A stretch of DNA of 55,624 nt from Paraglomus brasilianum. Its lineage: Eukaryota. Where the stretch lies: positions 1 to 55,624 of the forward strand of contig CAJVPI010000093.1 in assembly GCA_910592345.1 (NCBI GenBank), written 5' to 3'. A program made the position numbers and the translations under genes. The notes under the pieces were generated by a model. That model saw nothing but the letters and a program-made list of their open reading frames with translations, ran no database searches and had not been told where the DNA came from. Numbering within the stretch: the stretch's first letter is position 1; each line of letters opens with the position of its first letter. This document shows positions 24,210-39,037 of the stretch, in pieces.

Positions 24210-25290
24210 GGTTTATAATAAATTACGGGAAGGAGATAATGTCCGCAAGGTTGAATCAAATACAAGTGTGTGTTGACATTGCTTTAATATTGTGAATCTC
24301 GCCATATACTTTATTAACGTCATGCGCTGCGCAAACATTGTAAATGCCGAAGCTGACCTTGCGTCAAACAGCCTTACGACAGATTTAATGATGCTCACAA
24401 TACCAACCTTAAGTATGCGATGAGTTGGTTCCAACCGTGGTTCGGGGATTTACCATTTTCGTCACTGAGCTCTGATCTGTAATTGCTCGTTCGGACTGCG
24501 CAGATTTGATGTGCCGTTTAAAATTGTCCTCAATTTAACTCCAAAGAATTCTAAGGCTTCATCAAATGCAAAATAATGACCTTCCCGTGTAAGGTTTACA
24601 GAGCCGACGTGTTGGAGAAGTTGACGTAATTGAGGATATCGAGCGATTTCTGAAAGGAAGTGGACCACCGCTTTGCTTTCTACTTTGTCAGGGCCATGAA
24701 ATATGTTTACGTTCAATGTCGGCGTGGATAGTTCAGTATAAAGAGAAGAGAATGAGTAGGCGGTTGGATTAGAGGTAATAAGGAAGCGAATATGCAGCTA
24801 AGTGTGAGAACTGCATGTCAAAATTTCCTGTTCGAATTCCTGTTTTGTGTCCCTTCCAAATGCTGGTCCACTTGTAATAGAGATACCACACTTTAACCAG
24901 GTTGTTTTCGCCTGCCATTATATCCTCTTCATTTAGTTTTTTCTCTAATAAATAATGATGGATTGCAAAGCCTGTTGATGCCCAGATTGTCTCCAGAACG
25001 TTACAAATTGATCGGTAGTCTTCCGATATTTAGCTCCAAGCTCCAATGCACAGTTGTAAATGCCATAACTAGAAAAGAGGGTTATGAGTGCGCTGCACAT
25101 GGCTACAAAAATTTCCGGTGGCTTTCCGGGTATCAGTATCAGTTCGTGTATGGTAGTGTTTGACCCATATTAATATACGCTGGTGCATCGGATGAAGATG
25201 AGCCACTCATTTGGAAAACGGAACTGATATTTGATATATTAAGAAGATTCTGTTGGTTCGTTCTTTGAGGTATGCCATTGTCCCAATCCT
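24210..25290 (-). pseudogene. Fragmented transposon-like protein gene (DUF6589-like, inferred)
   Basis: Minus-strand fragments in order: LGQWHTSK, MCSALITLFSSYGIYN, VKVWYLYYKWTSIWKGHKTGIRTGNFDMQ, AVVHFLSEI...HVGSVNLTREGHYFAFDEALEFFGVK. They are separated by insertions, stops and frameshifts. Confidence 0.6.
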
Positions 25291-25352
25291 AGCCGTAATT
25301 GATAACTATGATCTAGATTTGAAGAGATTATAGCGGAAATCACTTTTTTCGT

Positions 25353-25498
25353 CTTTCCCTTATCCTCTGTTATCGGTTCTTTTTTGGGAGGAAAGTGGGG
25401 AGTAATGTGAAGAGTAATGTGAAGAGTAATGTGAAGAGTAATGTGAAGAGTAATGTGAAGAGTAATGTGACTTTCCCTTATCCTCTGTTATCGGTTCT
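25353..25498. repeat. 28-bp perfect direct repeat flanking a 12-bp minisatellite (GAGTAATGTGAA, ~6 copies)
   Basis: CTTTCCCTTATCCTCTGTTATCGGTTCT at 25353-25380 and 25471-25498; tandem array at 25400-25470. Confidence 0.95.
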
Positions 25499-25820
25499 AT
25501 TCGCCGTAACGGCTGGTGTGAGATGACATTGACAGACTCAAATAAAAATCTTAATGATGGTAAAAGCTTAGAAGAGGTTGGTACCGCAACGCGTTATCCA
25601 GACTTTTCGTTTTTTAAATGCAGTCGTTAAAATAATAGACGCTAAGAATGCGGTTATTCTGTCGATTATTTTAGAATCGTCTGCTGGTTCTGATTATAAG
25701 CGAAATAGGATGGAGACATTAACATGGGTAAACAATACGAATTAGTCAAACGCAGAGCTTTTTATTGGGTACCCGACGTGCGACATGTGATTGATATTGA
25801 TCTGCAGAATAACATTTCAG

Positions 25821-26416
25821 ACTGTTCGATTTTTTTGGATGGTTTGCACCATATCACATCGCTATGCTCCCTTTTAAATTTCCATGTCCTCTTCGACAAG
25901 CTCAGTTTATTTCACCTGCTTACATGGCGCTCGGCTTTGGAAGAGTAATGAGAGAACGGGCTGGTCAGCAACAGAGAGCGAGGAGATATGAAATTGCGGC
26001 GTATCGGTCGATTGGTGTGGAAAGAGCGTTCAGCGAAGAGAAAATCAAGCCACCAAAAGTGCCTCGGTTAAGAGAAAAGGAAAAAGAAAAGTTTAATGAG
26101 AAAGAAATGTCTACCGATAATATAAAATCGAAGTCGTCTTCAGGCTTGGATCTGAGTTCAAGCTTGTTAGTCCAACAAATGCTATTTAGTCCCAAAGAGA
26201 AAAATAGTAACGATGCTTCACGAGGTAAGATGATATGCACGCTGTATGCATGGGTGAGATGCATGACAGGACTCCATGGCGGCTACCAATTACATTGTCT
26301 AAATCATGGCCATACTAAATTCTATTCGTTCGTCTTCTCTCTGCTTAGAAGATGTCGCTGAAAACATCGAGAAAATTATCGAAGATGATCCTATTTTGTC
26401 CAAAGCGAGCCACTAA
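25821..26416 (+). CDS. Unknown gene or pseudogene, 5' end unresolved
   Basis: The open frame LFDFFGWFAPYHIAMLPFKFPCPLRQAQFISPAY...NDASR has a GTAAG donor at 26225 that splices in phase to an exon EDVAENIEKIIEDDPILSKASH* (26349-26416). I recognise no family. Confidence 0.4.
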
Positions 26417-26544
26417 CGTCATAGTGCACCTACTTACGCCCCTCTGCTTAGAAGATGTCGCTGAAAACATCGAGAAAATTATCGAAGATGATCCTATTTT
26501 GTCCAAAGCGAGCCACTAACGTCATAGTGCACCTTCTTACGCCC
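26339..26544. repeat. 103-bp tandem duplication (1 mismatch)
   Basis: 26339-26441 equals 26442-26544 except for one A/T change. Confidence 0.95.
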
Positions 26545-27056
26545 AGGCTTCTTGGTTATTCTGATTATGATGACAATATTGTGAATAATGACATAATTTT
26601 TGGATGTATTAATATGTAGATGTCTGTTGTACACGATGGATGAGAAGAGCTTTTTCTTTGAGTAGATTCTTTTTGAATAGCGTTCGATGAATATGTTTGA
26701 ATTATGCAGATAAGAGTTACGAAGAGGGGAGAGAGATGTATGTATGAATGGACTTTTATTGAGTGATTTTTGGTTTGGTTTTTTTTGTCATCTTTCTTTT
26801 TGCTGTACATATTTGTGTAAAAATTTTATTTCGCTCAATATATTTGCAATCCGTGTTTTAATAAAAACAATACACGATTTCTGTCGTGAAATAATATCAT
26901 TATTATAAGACTCGTGTTTCGAGGAAGTAACGTGACTCCAACTTTCTGTTGCCGCGTCAGCAATACGTCATCACATTCCCTAAAAATATATCGAGATTAT
27001 GCAATTCTTTCGATACATTACTTCACAGAACGCTTGAAATCTAGTGAAAAGTAATT

Positions 27057-29351
<2,295 letters not shown>

Positions 29352-29791
29352 TCATTTCATAATCTAAAAGATTAGAGAATAGTGATAAATTTTGTCATTT
29401 ATTCGCGCTAAACTTATAAAGCCAAAATGAAGGCTGAAGTAAGTACAAAAAATCTACAACGTTGAAGAACATTTATTTAAATAGTATTACAGAATTCAGT
29501 TCTCAAAGGGGGACTATGCTCAATTATATTCTTCAATCTTGGATTCCAATTTGTGTTTCATTACGTGATGCGGATCAATTTTCGTACCTTACCAAAACCG
29601 AATTTAGTGACGTCATAGTTATGTATGGATGTGATTTTTTGTTGTGCAGAATACCCCATATCAAAAATCAATGCTTGTTATGTAACAATGATACTGTTGG
29701 CCCAAAGCTTATGTTAACGTCTTTTCCCGCTCTTACACATTGACCACCTTCGCGACGCTCGAATAACCTTATTAAGTATAGAAGCCGCCCA

Positions 29792-32457
29792 ATGAGCTTT
29801 ACAAGCGAAGAAGTAAATTATCTTATTTATCGCTACCTTAAGGAGTCAGGTGTGCTTCCGATCTAGCTGCTTTTATCTTTTGTACTTATTCACCATCTGA
29901 GTTTGCATTATATTTGTGCAGTTTTGTGTTTACGATTGGTGTTAGGATTTGTTCACTCACTCTAAATCCGTACTCTGCCGTTTTACGATTTTTGTTGAGT
30001 AAAGGCTTCCACCATACTACTTTTACTTTTCAACAAGAAAGTCGCGCAGATGCACTAGATGTCCAAAATGGAGACGTTCAGCCTGGAGCATTGATAAATC
30101 TCATTCAAAAGGGTCTCTTATACATGGATATCGAGACTCATATGAATCCTGTAAGTTGGGGGGTTTTTTTCACTCTGGTTATAATCTATATGTATATTGG
30201 GCACGTATCTAATTAATTAATTACATTGAAGGACGGAACATCAAGTGAATGCACGGTTCCATTTACATTAATTGGTTCACACAAATGCGACAAAACTGCC
30301 AAGAAACATAAGCGTGAGGAAGCGCCCTCTTCTAGCAACAAGAGAGAACGGAGAGAGGAGAGACGCTTGCAGAAAGACGCAGCCGATCGTGATAGACGCT
30401 CAAAGGATATCCCAGACCAGCAGTTTAGAGATAATGACGATATGGATGTAGACCGTGTGCCGTTAACTGAAATATCACCAATATATGCCAGTGGTTCGAT
30501 TATGTCTCCTTTTTATCAATTTCGGTTGGGGTTCTGTTCGCAATCGATATCGTTGAGTTTTCATGTAATCTAGTTCTAATGCAATTGCTTTATGGCCGTG
30601 GCTGATAGGCAATAATCAGCCATCTCCACCAGAACCTAATGGGAAAGATGTACCACCAAGTGTTATACCTTCTGAAGATGTAATTACTTTGGATGGGCAC
30701 GAGCAAGAAGTGTTCGTTTGCAGTTGGAATTCTAGTACACCCGCAATATTGGCATCTGGGTGAATATCTGATCGATGGTTAGAGTAAGTGATATTGACTG
30801 TTCTTAACTTTTACATGTATTGGTTGCTTTGATTAGCGGTCATGATGCAACAACACGTATTTGGAAAATACCACAATCGAAGAATTCCCCATATGAAGAG
30901 CCTATTGTATTGAAGGCTGTGTTCAATGGCGAGAATAGTGAGCCCGGGTCGCAGAAAGTGGTCGTGATGGACTGGAGCGTGAGTCATATAACAGAATTTT
31001 TGAATCACGATGCACTATGGTTGTAAGAATTTATTATTAACGGATAAACTTTGCAGGTTCAAGCAGGTCTGCTCGCTATAGCCTATGCAGATGGAACTGC
31101 GCGAATATATACGAGTTCTGGTGAGCAGGAATTTAATGACAAATATTATCGGAAACATTATATGATCGCTATATATATTGTATTCAACTAGTGGCTTGTT
31201 TCAATTCTTTTATCATGTCATCTATCTTATTTCGTCTCATTTCTTGCCTTAGGCGACTTGCGAGCAGTACTCGAACAACATAATAAATCCATCTTGGCAA
31301 TAAAATGGAATAACAAGGGCTCATACATTGCGACCGCGAGTATGGACAAGACTGCCATTGTGTGGGACCCAAATACTGCCAATAAACGACAAGCATTCGA
31401 CATACACCAAGGTTGGATTCCCTCGCTGATCACGGCAAATTATCCTGCATCACGAGCGAGAGTGCTTATTCAGCAAAATTCAACAATCAGTTATCAATTT
31501 TATGATTACGTCACCCTTTGCTAAACAGATGTCGTAATGGATATCGATTGGCTGGACGACATGACGTTTGCCACATGCTCAAGAGACCACAAGATCTGTA
31601 TCTGTCAGATAGGCGTGCCATGCCCCCTTAAGACTTTTATACACGATAATGCCGTTCATTCGGTTGCCTGGGATCTATCAAATCGTTTCCTGGCATCGTG
31701 TTCGGATGATTGTACTGCAAAGGTTAGGAAAATTAACCCATTACAGTATTGATTGGAATAAAATATTGGAAACTTATTTTTATGTATCATATACAGATTT
31801 GGTCGATGACTAAAGACGAGCCAATTCATAGTTTCACTCATCCAGCACGAGTATTTGTGGTCCAGTGGTGTCCCATTATTAAGACGACTAGGCAACAACC
31901 AACGCGGTTTATAGCGACGTAAGTCATCCGGAACTGAAAAGCAAAGAAAGACAATTAATAGTATATCTGAATGATAATTTCTGATTGTTTATCTACAGTA
32001 CATGCGCTGACGCGGTTGTACGAATATGGGATGTCATCAAGGGAGAATTGCGACACGAATTATCACATTCGGCCGTGTCGCAATCTATTGCGTTTAGTTC
32101 GGATGGGAAATATCTTGCCACAGCGTCTCTAAATCCCACACTCTGTATCTGGTCTGTGAAGGTAACGTAACGTGATCTTATTGGACCGAATTGTCTGCAT
32201 TCATTTTCATTCTACTTTGATTCAACTGCAGAGCGGGAAGCTATGTAGAACATATAAAACTGATGCTCAGGCTATCTTCGATGTATGCTGGATCAGTATA
32301 CCAAATGGTGACAAATACAGATTAGCGGCCGCATTAAGTAACGGCTCTGTAAGTCCAGTCCCTAATTGCCCTTCCACATGCATTATTGGTGCTTATATCC
32401 GCGTTCGCACTAATAAAATTCTATTTATAGGTCCTAATCGTTGATGTTCGACTGTAA
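29792..32457 (+). CDS. SIF2: LisH + WD40 protein of the TBL1/Sif2 family (HDAC co-repressor subunit)
   Basis: MSFTSEEVNYLIYRYLKESGFHHTTFTFQQES (LisH), PGALINLIQKGLLY, LDGHEQEVFVCSWN, multiple WD40 repeats. The last exon is VLIVDVRL*. Confidence 0.9.
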
Positions 32458-33157
32458 ATTTCATAGTGTAATTAGCATTTTTCACTCCCCTTATATTATT
32501 CCGTTTGGTACAGGAAACAAAGTTCGTCAATAAAGTTTATGCAATAGACTGACTAGTTTTGAGGATTTCGGAGTTAAACGTCCTATCACCTCGAAACATT
32601 CAAATCATGAAGATCTGTTGTTTTATTCAATTTGGGCCGCTATGATGAAATCGGAAATCAGAAAATGTCTTCAACAAGACACTAATAGCACATCTCATGT
32701 CAATATCTTTACAGGTTATTTGTTTTGTTCTATCTAAAAATAGGAGGGAACCTTGATGGTTTCCTCTTTCAAGGAAAATCGGCAATATAACCGCCACTTA
32801 TCTGTTATATTAAAATGTTGTTTGTTAAGCCGTAGAAAGTGAAAAATTGTCCACGCGATATTCAGAGTATTTATCAGTGAAATACAGTCTCTAATATCCA
32901 CCCGTTAAAACCAACCTGCTACTGTGGTTACAGAGCGGATTTCCCCACACATAAAATTCCCCCGCATATATCAAATTGGTTTAGTTTATCCTGGCAAAAG
33001 ATTTTATTATGAATAAAGTTTAAAAGCGGTAGTAATTCTGACTATTATTAATTGCCTGAATATAATATTACTTAGTTCACATTACATACAAGTCATTTGT
33101 CTAAAACCCTAACCCTAACACCCTCTATGATATCCATCCCCGCATATATTAATATGC

Positions 33158-34103
33158 TTATTGATCTTGCCACCAAGCGAGGGGACCCAATCCATCTTCT
33201 TGTATACTGCATCTCAGCTGATATGGCGGTATCTGGGCCGAATTTCCGGCTAGATTCGTATCTAGTAAGCCACCACGAGATCTAGGTGCACTCATTGGTG
33301 TAATGTCAGTAAATGCTTCGCTGACAACACGGAAGCGAACGAGGTCATCAACTTCCATCCACAATAACAGGCCGGGTTCATAATGCCACACCCACGCTTG
33401 TTCACTTTGATCACTTGCAGCGAATAATATGACAAGGAATTAGCTCGAGTAAACGAGTCAAGTAAAGCAGCCTTGAAAATGATAATGGCAATATGGTAAA
33501 AATCTACTCACAAGACCGATTGATGTTTCAGCAGCGTGGAGGGAATATGGATGTCGTCGAAAAAATCTATCGATACTGAAAACAATAATTATTTGCTTTA
33601 GCATAATGGTACAAATACAGCCGCTGATCAGAACAAATGCTATTGTCATTGAATAATACCTCGAACACCTTCAGGAGTACAAGTTTTTATTTTCCCAACT
33701 AGAAGCTCGCCAATAAATGGGCGAAAAACTATCATTCGAAATTTCACTTGGGAAATTGCTGCATTTTAGTTTATAATGTCTACTTTTTCGACGTGTCTCA
33801 AAGAGCAAACAAACCAAACTCACCCTTGACGTAGCTTGAACCATCACCATAATGAACAAACTCTTCGCTGGTATCAATTATGTCGTGCAAGCACACGCAT
33901 AGTCCTACATCATGAACAACCTTTTTGAGTTGGTTACTGTCGTGTTGTATTGTCGGGTTTCTACAATAGGAAGCATTCTTAGATAGTAGTACCTTATTCG
34001 CGAACTTCTTGTTTATTTCGTCGGAAAGAGCTTCGAGTTTGCTTTTTCGAAAGTCTTTGGGAATTATTGTTAATGTGTCACGAAAAGTCGAAAGGATGAA
34101 CAT
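33158..34103 (-). CDS. RPC25: RNA polymerase III subunit RPC25/RPC8
   Basis: MFILS..RD, EINKKFANKVVHDVGLCVCLHDI, YGDGSSYVKVKFRMIVFRPFIGE, DFFDDIHIP, RFRV, EDGLGPLAWW. Confidence 0.95.
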
Positions 34104-35092
34104 GAGGAGAGAAATAGGGAAAGGCGATCTGCCAACAAAGATAAAATGTTGAACTCACATGACCTCTAACTTAATAAGCCTATGATTTGTATTACACGAA
34201 GTTGTGCCAAATAACGAAGACAATTTGACAGTACAGTGTTCGATTGTTGTGGTAATTTGTGTCAAATATGCGATATATTGTTATGTCGAACTCAATAGAG
34301 TAACGTCGCTTAATTGGTTAGAGATTTATAATAGTTAATAAGGATAAGATTGGTTTATTTGATCTAAAACTCGGAATTATACGAATTATAGTAATTACTC
34401 AAAGTATTCAATGAATTCTATCTCGAGTGGAGACGCATTAACAGGAGTGATTGCATAACAACATTGTAGTTTGAAATTTGAAGCCGAACGCGTTTAGACA
34501 ATACTCTGCCAAAGACATTTTTACTGTTTGGTCAGACCCTTAATTTAATAAGCTTGTGCTCTACACATTAATATTGCGTCATAACGCCAAATGTTACTAA
34601 CCAAATATAATTTGTAATACCCTCCTTACAGATATACGGGTAGATATTATAATAACATCGAGGCATGGTAAAACTTGGTTACTTAATGTTCCTACTTGGA
34701 GATTTACAGGCCGATGCATTATATGTTCGCGAATTTTCCCCAGCAATCGAAGCCATCAAAAATACGAATCATTATATCCGCATACATCAGTTGTAACAAC
34801 AGTCATTGTCTATATATACTGCACAACGATAGTAATATAAAACGCGTACGTTGTGCATTTTTTAAATATACATCCGTTCTACTGTCCTTGCCTTTATTTA
34901 ACTCGATTCCAATAAATACGCCTGTCTATCTTACAAACCGCTGAGTTCTTCTACGAAATGAATGGTATGCAATTAATTATTAAATATAAAGTACACATTC
35001 TACTCCAATTATGAAAAATACATGTTTCTGTACAGATCTTTGTAGGAATACAGATGAAGATGCACACAGAAACCAAAGAATAAATGCCTCCT

Positions 35093-36439
<1,347 letters not shown>

Positions 36440-38159
36440 ATATTGTCGATGGAGTAAAAAGTAGATCCGTTTGAATCAATTAACAAAGAGTGGTAAGGCC
36501 CATAACATGGCATTTTTTGTCTTATAATTGAAAAACATTCACAAGACACTAAGCAGTCAGTAGAAAATAAACAGTTCTGGTAGATCTTCCTAACTATCGA
36601 TATGGTATCAAATAGGGTAATCTCTCTCTCTCTCTCGAGTCGCTAATACATATGCTATCGTCATACTGCCAAAATATAAATTTGTGCACTTACCAGGTAC
36701 AGAAAAAGCCATATCTAAGAGAGAAGGGAAAGTCAGGTAAACACTGAGTTGGAGCAACGTCGTCTTCGCCATAGTGTTGATTGCTAGAATAGCAGGAAAT
36801 GTAACGGGTTAGTTAGGATTTATGGCTGTCGTGGTCTAAACAAAAGCCATGGGATATTTGAATAAATTTCTATTTTACGTTGCGGGTGGACGCATCATTA
36901 ATTATAGCAAGAAAAGGATAAATTCAGTCATAAATCGTGTTAACGGTTTATATATCCTATGATCCCGCCTTTAACGAATTTGTTTGTAATATCGAGCGTC
37001 GATATTGTTGTTAAGGAAAGTATTGGTTTACTAGATAGAGACAGTGCAAGGTTGGGGAGTTTACTCAATTCTACGTTGTAGCGACATGAAAATGGATTTT
37101 TCAGCGAGGGGTCTTGTTTATTACAGGGTTTACCTTTAGCATGCATTGCATTGGTGTGGTTTCACGGCAAAAAGCTGAAAGGGCAAATAATAATGATAAA
37201 TTTCGTGGTGACCAATGGCAATTTCGTGCAGAGAAAATTTTCACTTACATAATGCAGCACTTGGCAGTAACCACACATAAATATTCAGGGGAGAGGGTCG
37301 AAATTGTTGAACGCCACTTCATTTACCACAAAATTGGGGCTTTTGATTAGTTTTCGATTATTATTAATAATTCTTAAATATTAATTTCCCGCATTAAAAT
37401 AATACCACCAAAACTAATTAAAATCAAAGCACAAAGCAAGAAAAAACATAACAGCAGTAACAGCAATTTTAAGGCTTAGCATTCTGCTTTCAAGCCAAAT
37501 GGAGAATGTGATAGCTATTGCAGCAAACCGCTAATGCCACAGAAAAATTATACACAAGCCATCCGTGTTATTACTTTTTGTCTTTTCTATAATCTCGGTC
37601 AATTTGTATAATAAACACAGCCAAGATCAATATAAGCCTCCGCTTTGCAATTAATTTATATTTCACAACCTTGAGCACAATTGCAACCAAAGGGTCGAAA
37701 TAACGTAACATAATTTGGAGGCATCAATAAGATAACCTATTTTTTGGTCACTCTGGTGCAAATTAAAATTCACTATTTTACTATAATATTATCCACCGAT
37801 TCGTTATTGCTGCAGAGAGTAAATAGTATATTAACAATGCCTTTCTGCATATCTGACCTATAAATGCGAAGTACACGATAAATTTTTCGTAGCTCCACCA
37901 GCATGAATCTTCACGCACACACGATTTTTAATTTGAACACGGTTATCCATAAATATCAGTTTTTACCAGACGCAATTGTCTCGTATAAGCTTTGGAATAA
38001 AATCTTTCGTGTTAAATATTACACAGTAAATAAAATCATAAGCAACGCAATAATGATAGATCTATCAAATAAGCAGGATCTGTCTCACAAAGTGAAAGCG
38101 CTTAACATACCGGCTTTGGCAGAGCATGGTTTAGTTCTGCGGTAAATGATGCAACTGTT

Positions 38160-38331
38160 CCTCTCCTGTTTTACTATCAGAGAACGAACATTCCTCTCCG
38201 AAGTTTATTGGGCCGTCCACTTCTTGGTATATTTTCAATAGTACCTTCATTATTGAACTTACTTATTACGCTTCGGACTGTGGTATTCCCAGCTTCCTAC
38301 TAATCTCGCCCAATTCTTGCGTTCTGACCAT
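38160..38331 (-). mobile_element. Tc1 transposase N-terminal HTH relic
   Basis: MVRTQELGEISRKLGIPQS..RSVISKFNNEGTIENIPRSGRPNKL..RNVRSL, with frameshifts and the GRP-K linker motif. Confidence 0.75.
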
Positions 38332-39037
38332 TTTCTCGAGATAACAATTGTTTAATCGCAAAATAGCACGCGTTTTTTGCGTAGATTTTTATGATCGGCA
38401 AAAACCTATAGACCACTCGCTTCATATATCTAATATACTGTACAACGTGATTTCCAGTATACGACTCCAGTAATAAATTCCTTTAAGGCAAAGTATTGTC
38501 ATCTCGCATTGTTTGCACCCGAGTGGGGTTATTCTTTGGATCCGAAAATATCATGACAGTCTTGGTCTTTAAAGGCCAAGAAAATCAGACCTTTCTTGGA
38601 TAATAATATTAATCAGCGTGGAATATACAATGTGAGAAACTGATTAAATTCGATTAGAAGAAAGGCGAGATTAAGTAATACGATATTAGGAATACTAGAT
38701 TTTGAAAAAAGAAAATTTAATACAAAACCGGCCGAGACCGGAAAGTAAGCGAGAATAAATGCTGAAAATCCGAAAACTACCTGAAAAGTTATTTGGAATA
38801 CATCGTTATTATCAACTCTTGTTAAAAAGTAGAATTACAAGTTCAAGACATTTCTTGACACCTTGCTAGAATTAAAAACGATTTCATTGTTATTTTATTA
38901 TTCGTAAATTCTATTGAATTTATTTTCTATAGTAGCAGGTTAAGCATTATAAAATCTAGCAGCTTTAATATAATTTTTTGAATATGAACCGCCTCTAACT
39001 TATTGTCCATTATCGATGCCGAATGCTATGCGATTCT

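Noticed and set aside
25353..25498. CRISPR-like repeat-spacer-repeat
   Set aside because: Only two repeats, the spacer is itself a minisatellite, there are no cas genes, and the context is eukaryotic.
26878..26890. TTCTGTCGTGA resembling the 5' part of U11 snRNA
   Set aside because: It lacks the preceding AAGGG splice-site-pairing sequence and any further similarity.
33104..33120. Telomere-like CCCTAA repeats after RPC25
   Set aside because: Only about 2.5 units in a 3' UTR, which is compatible with chance.
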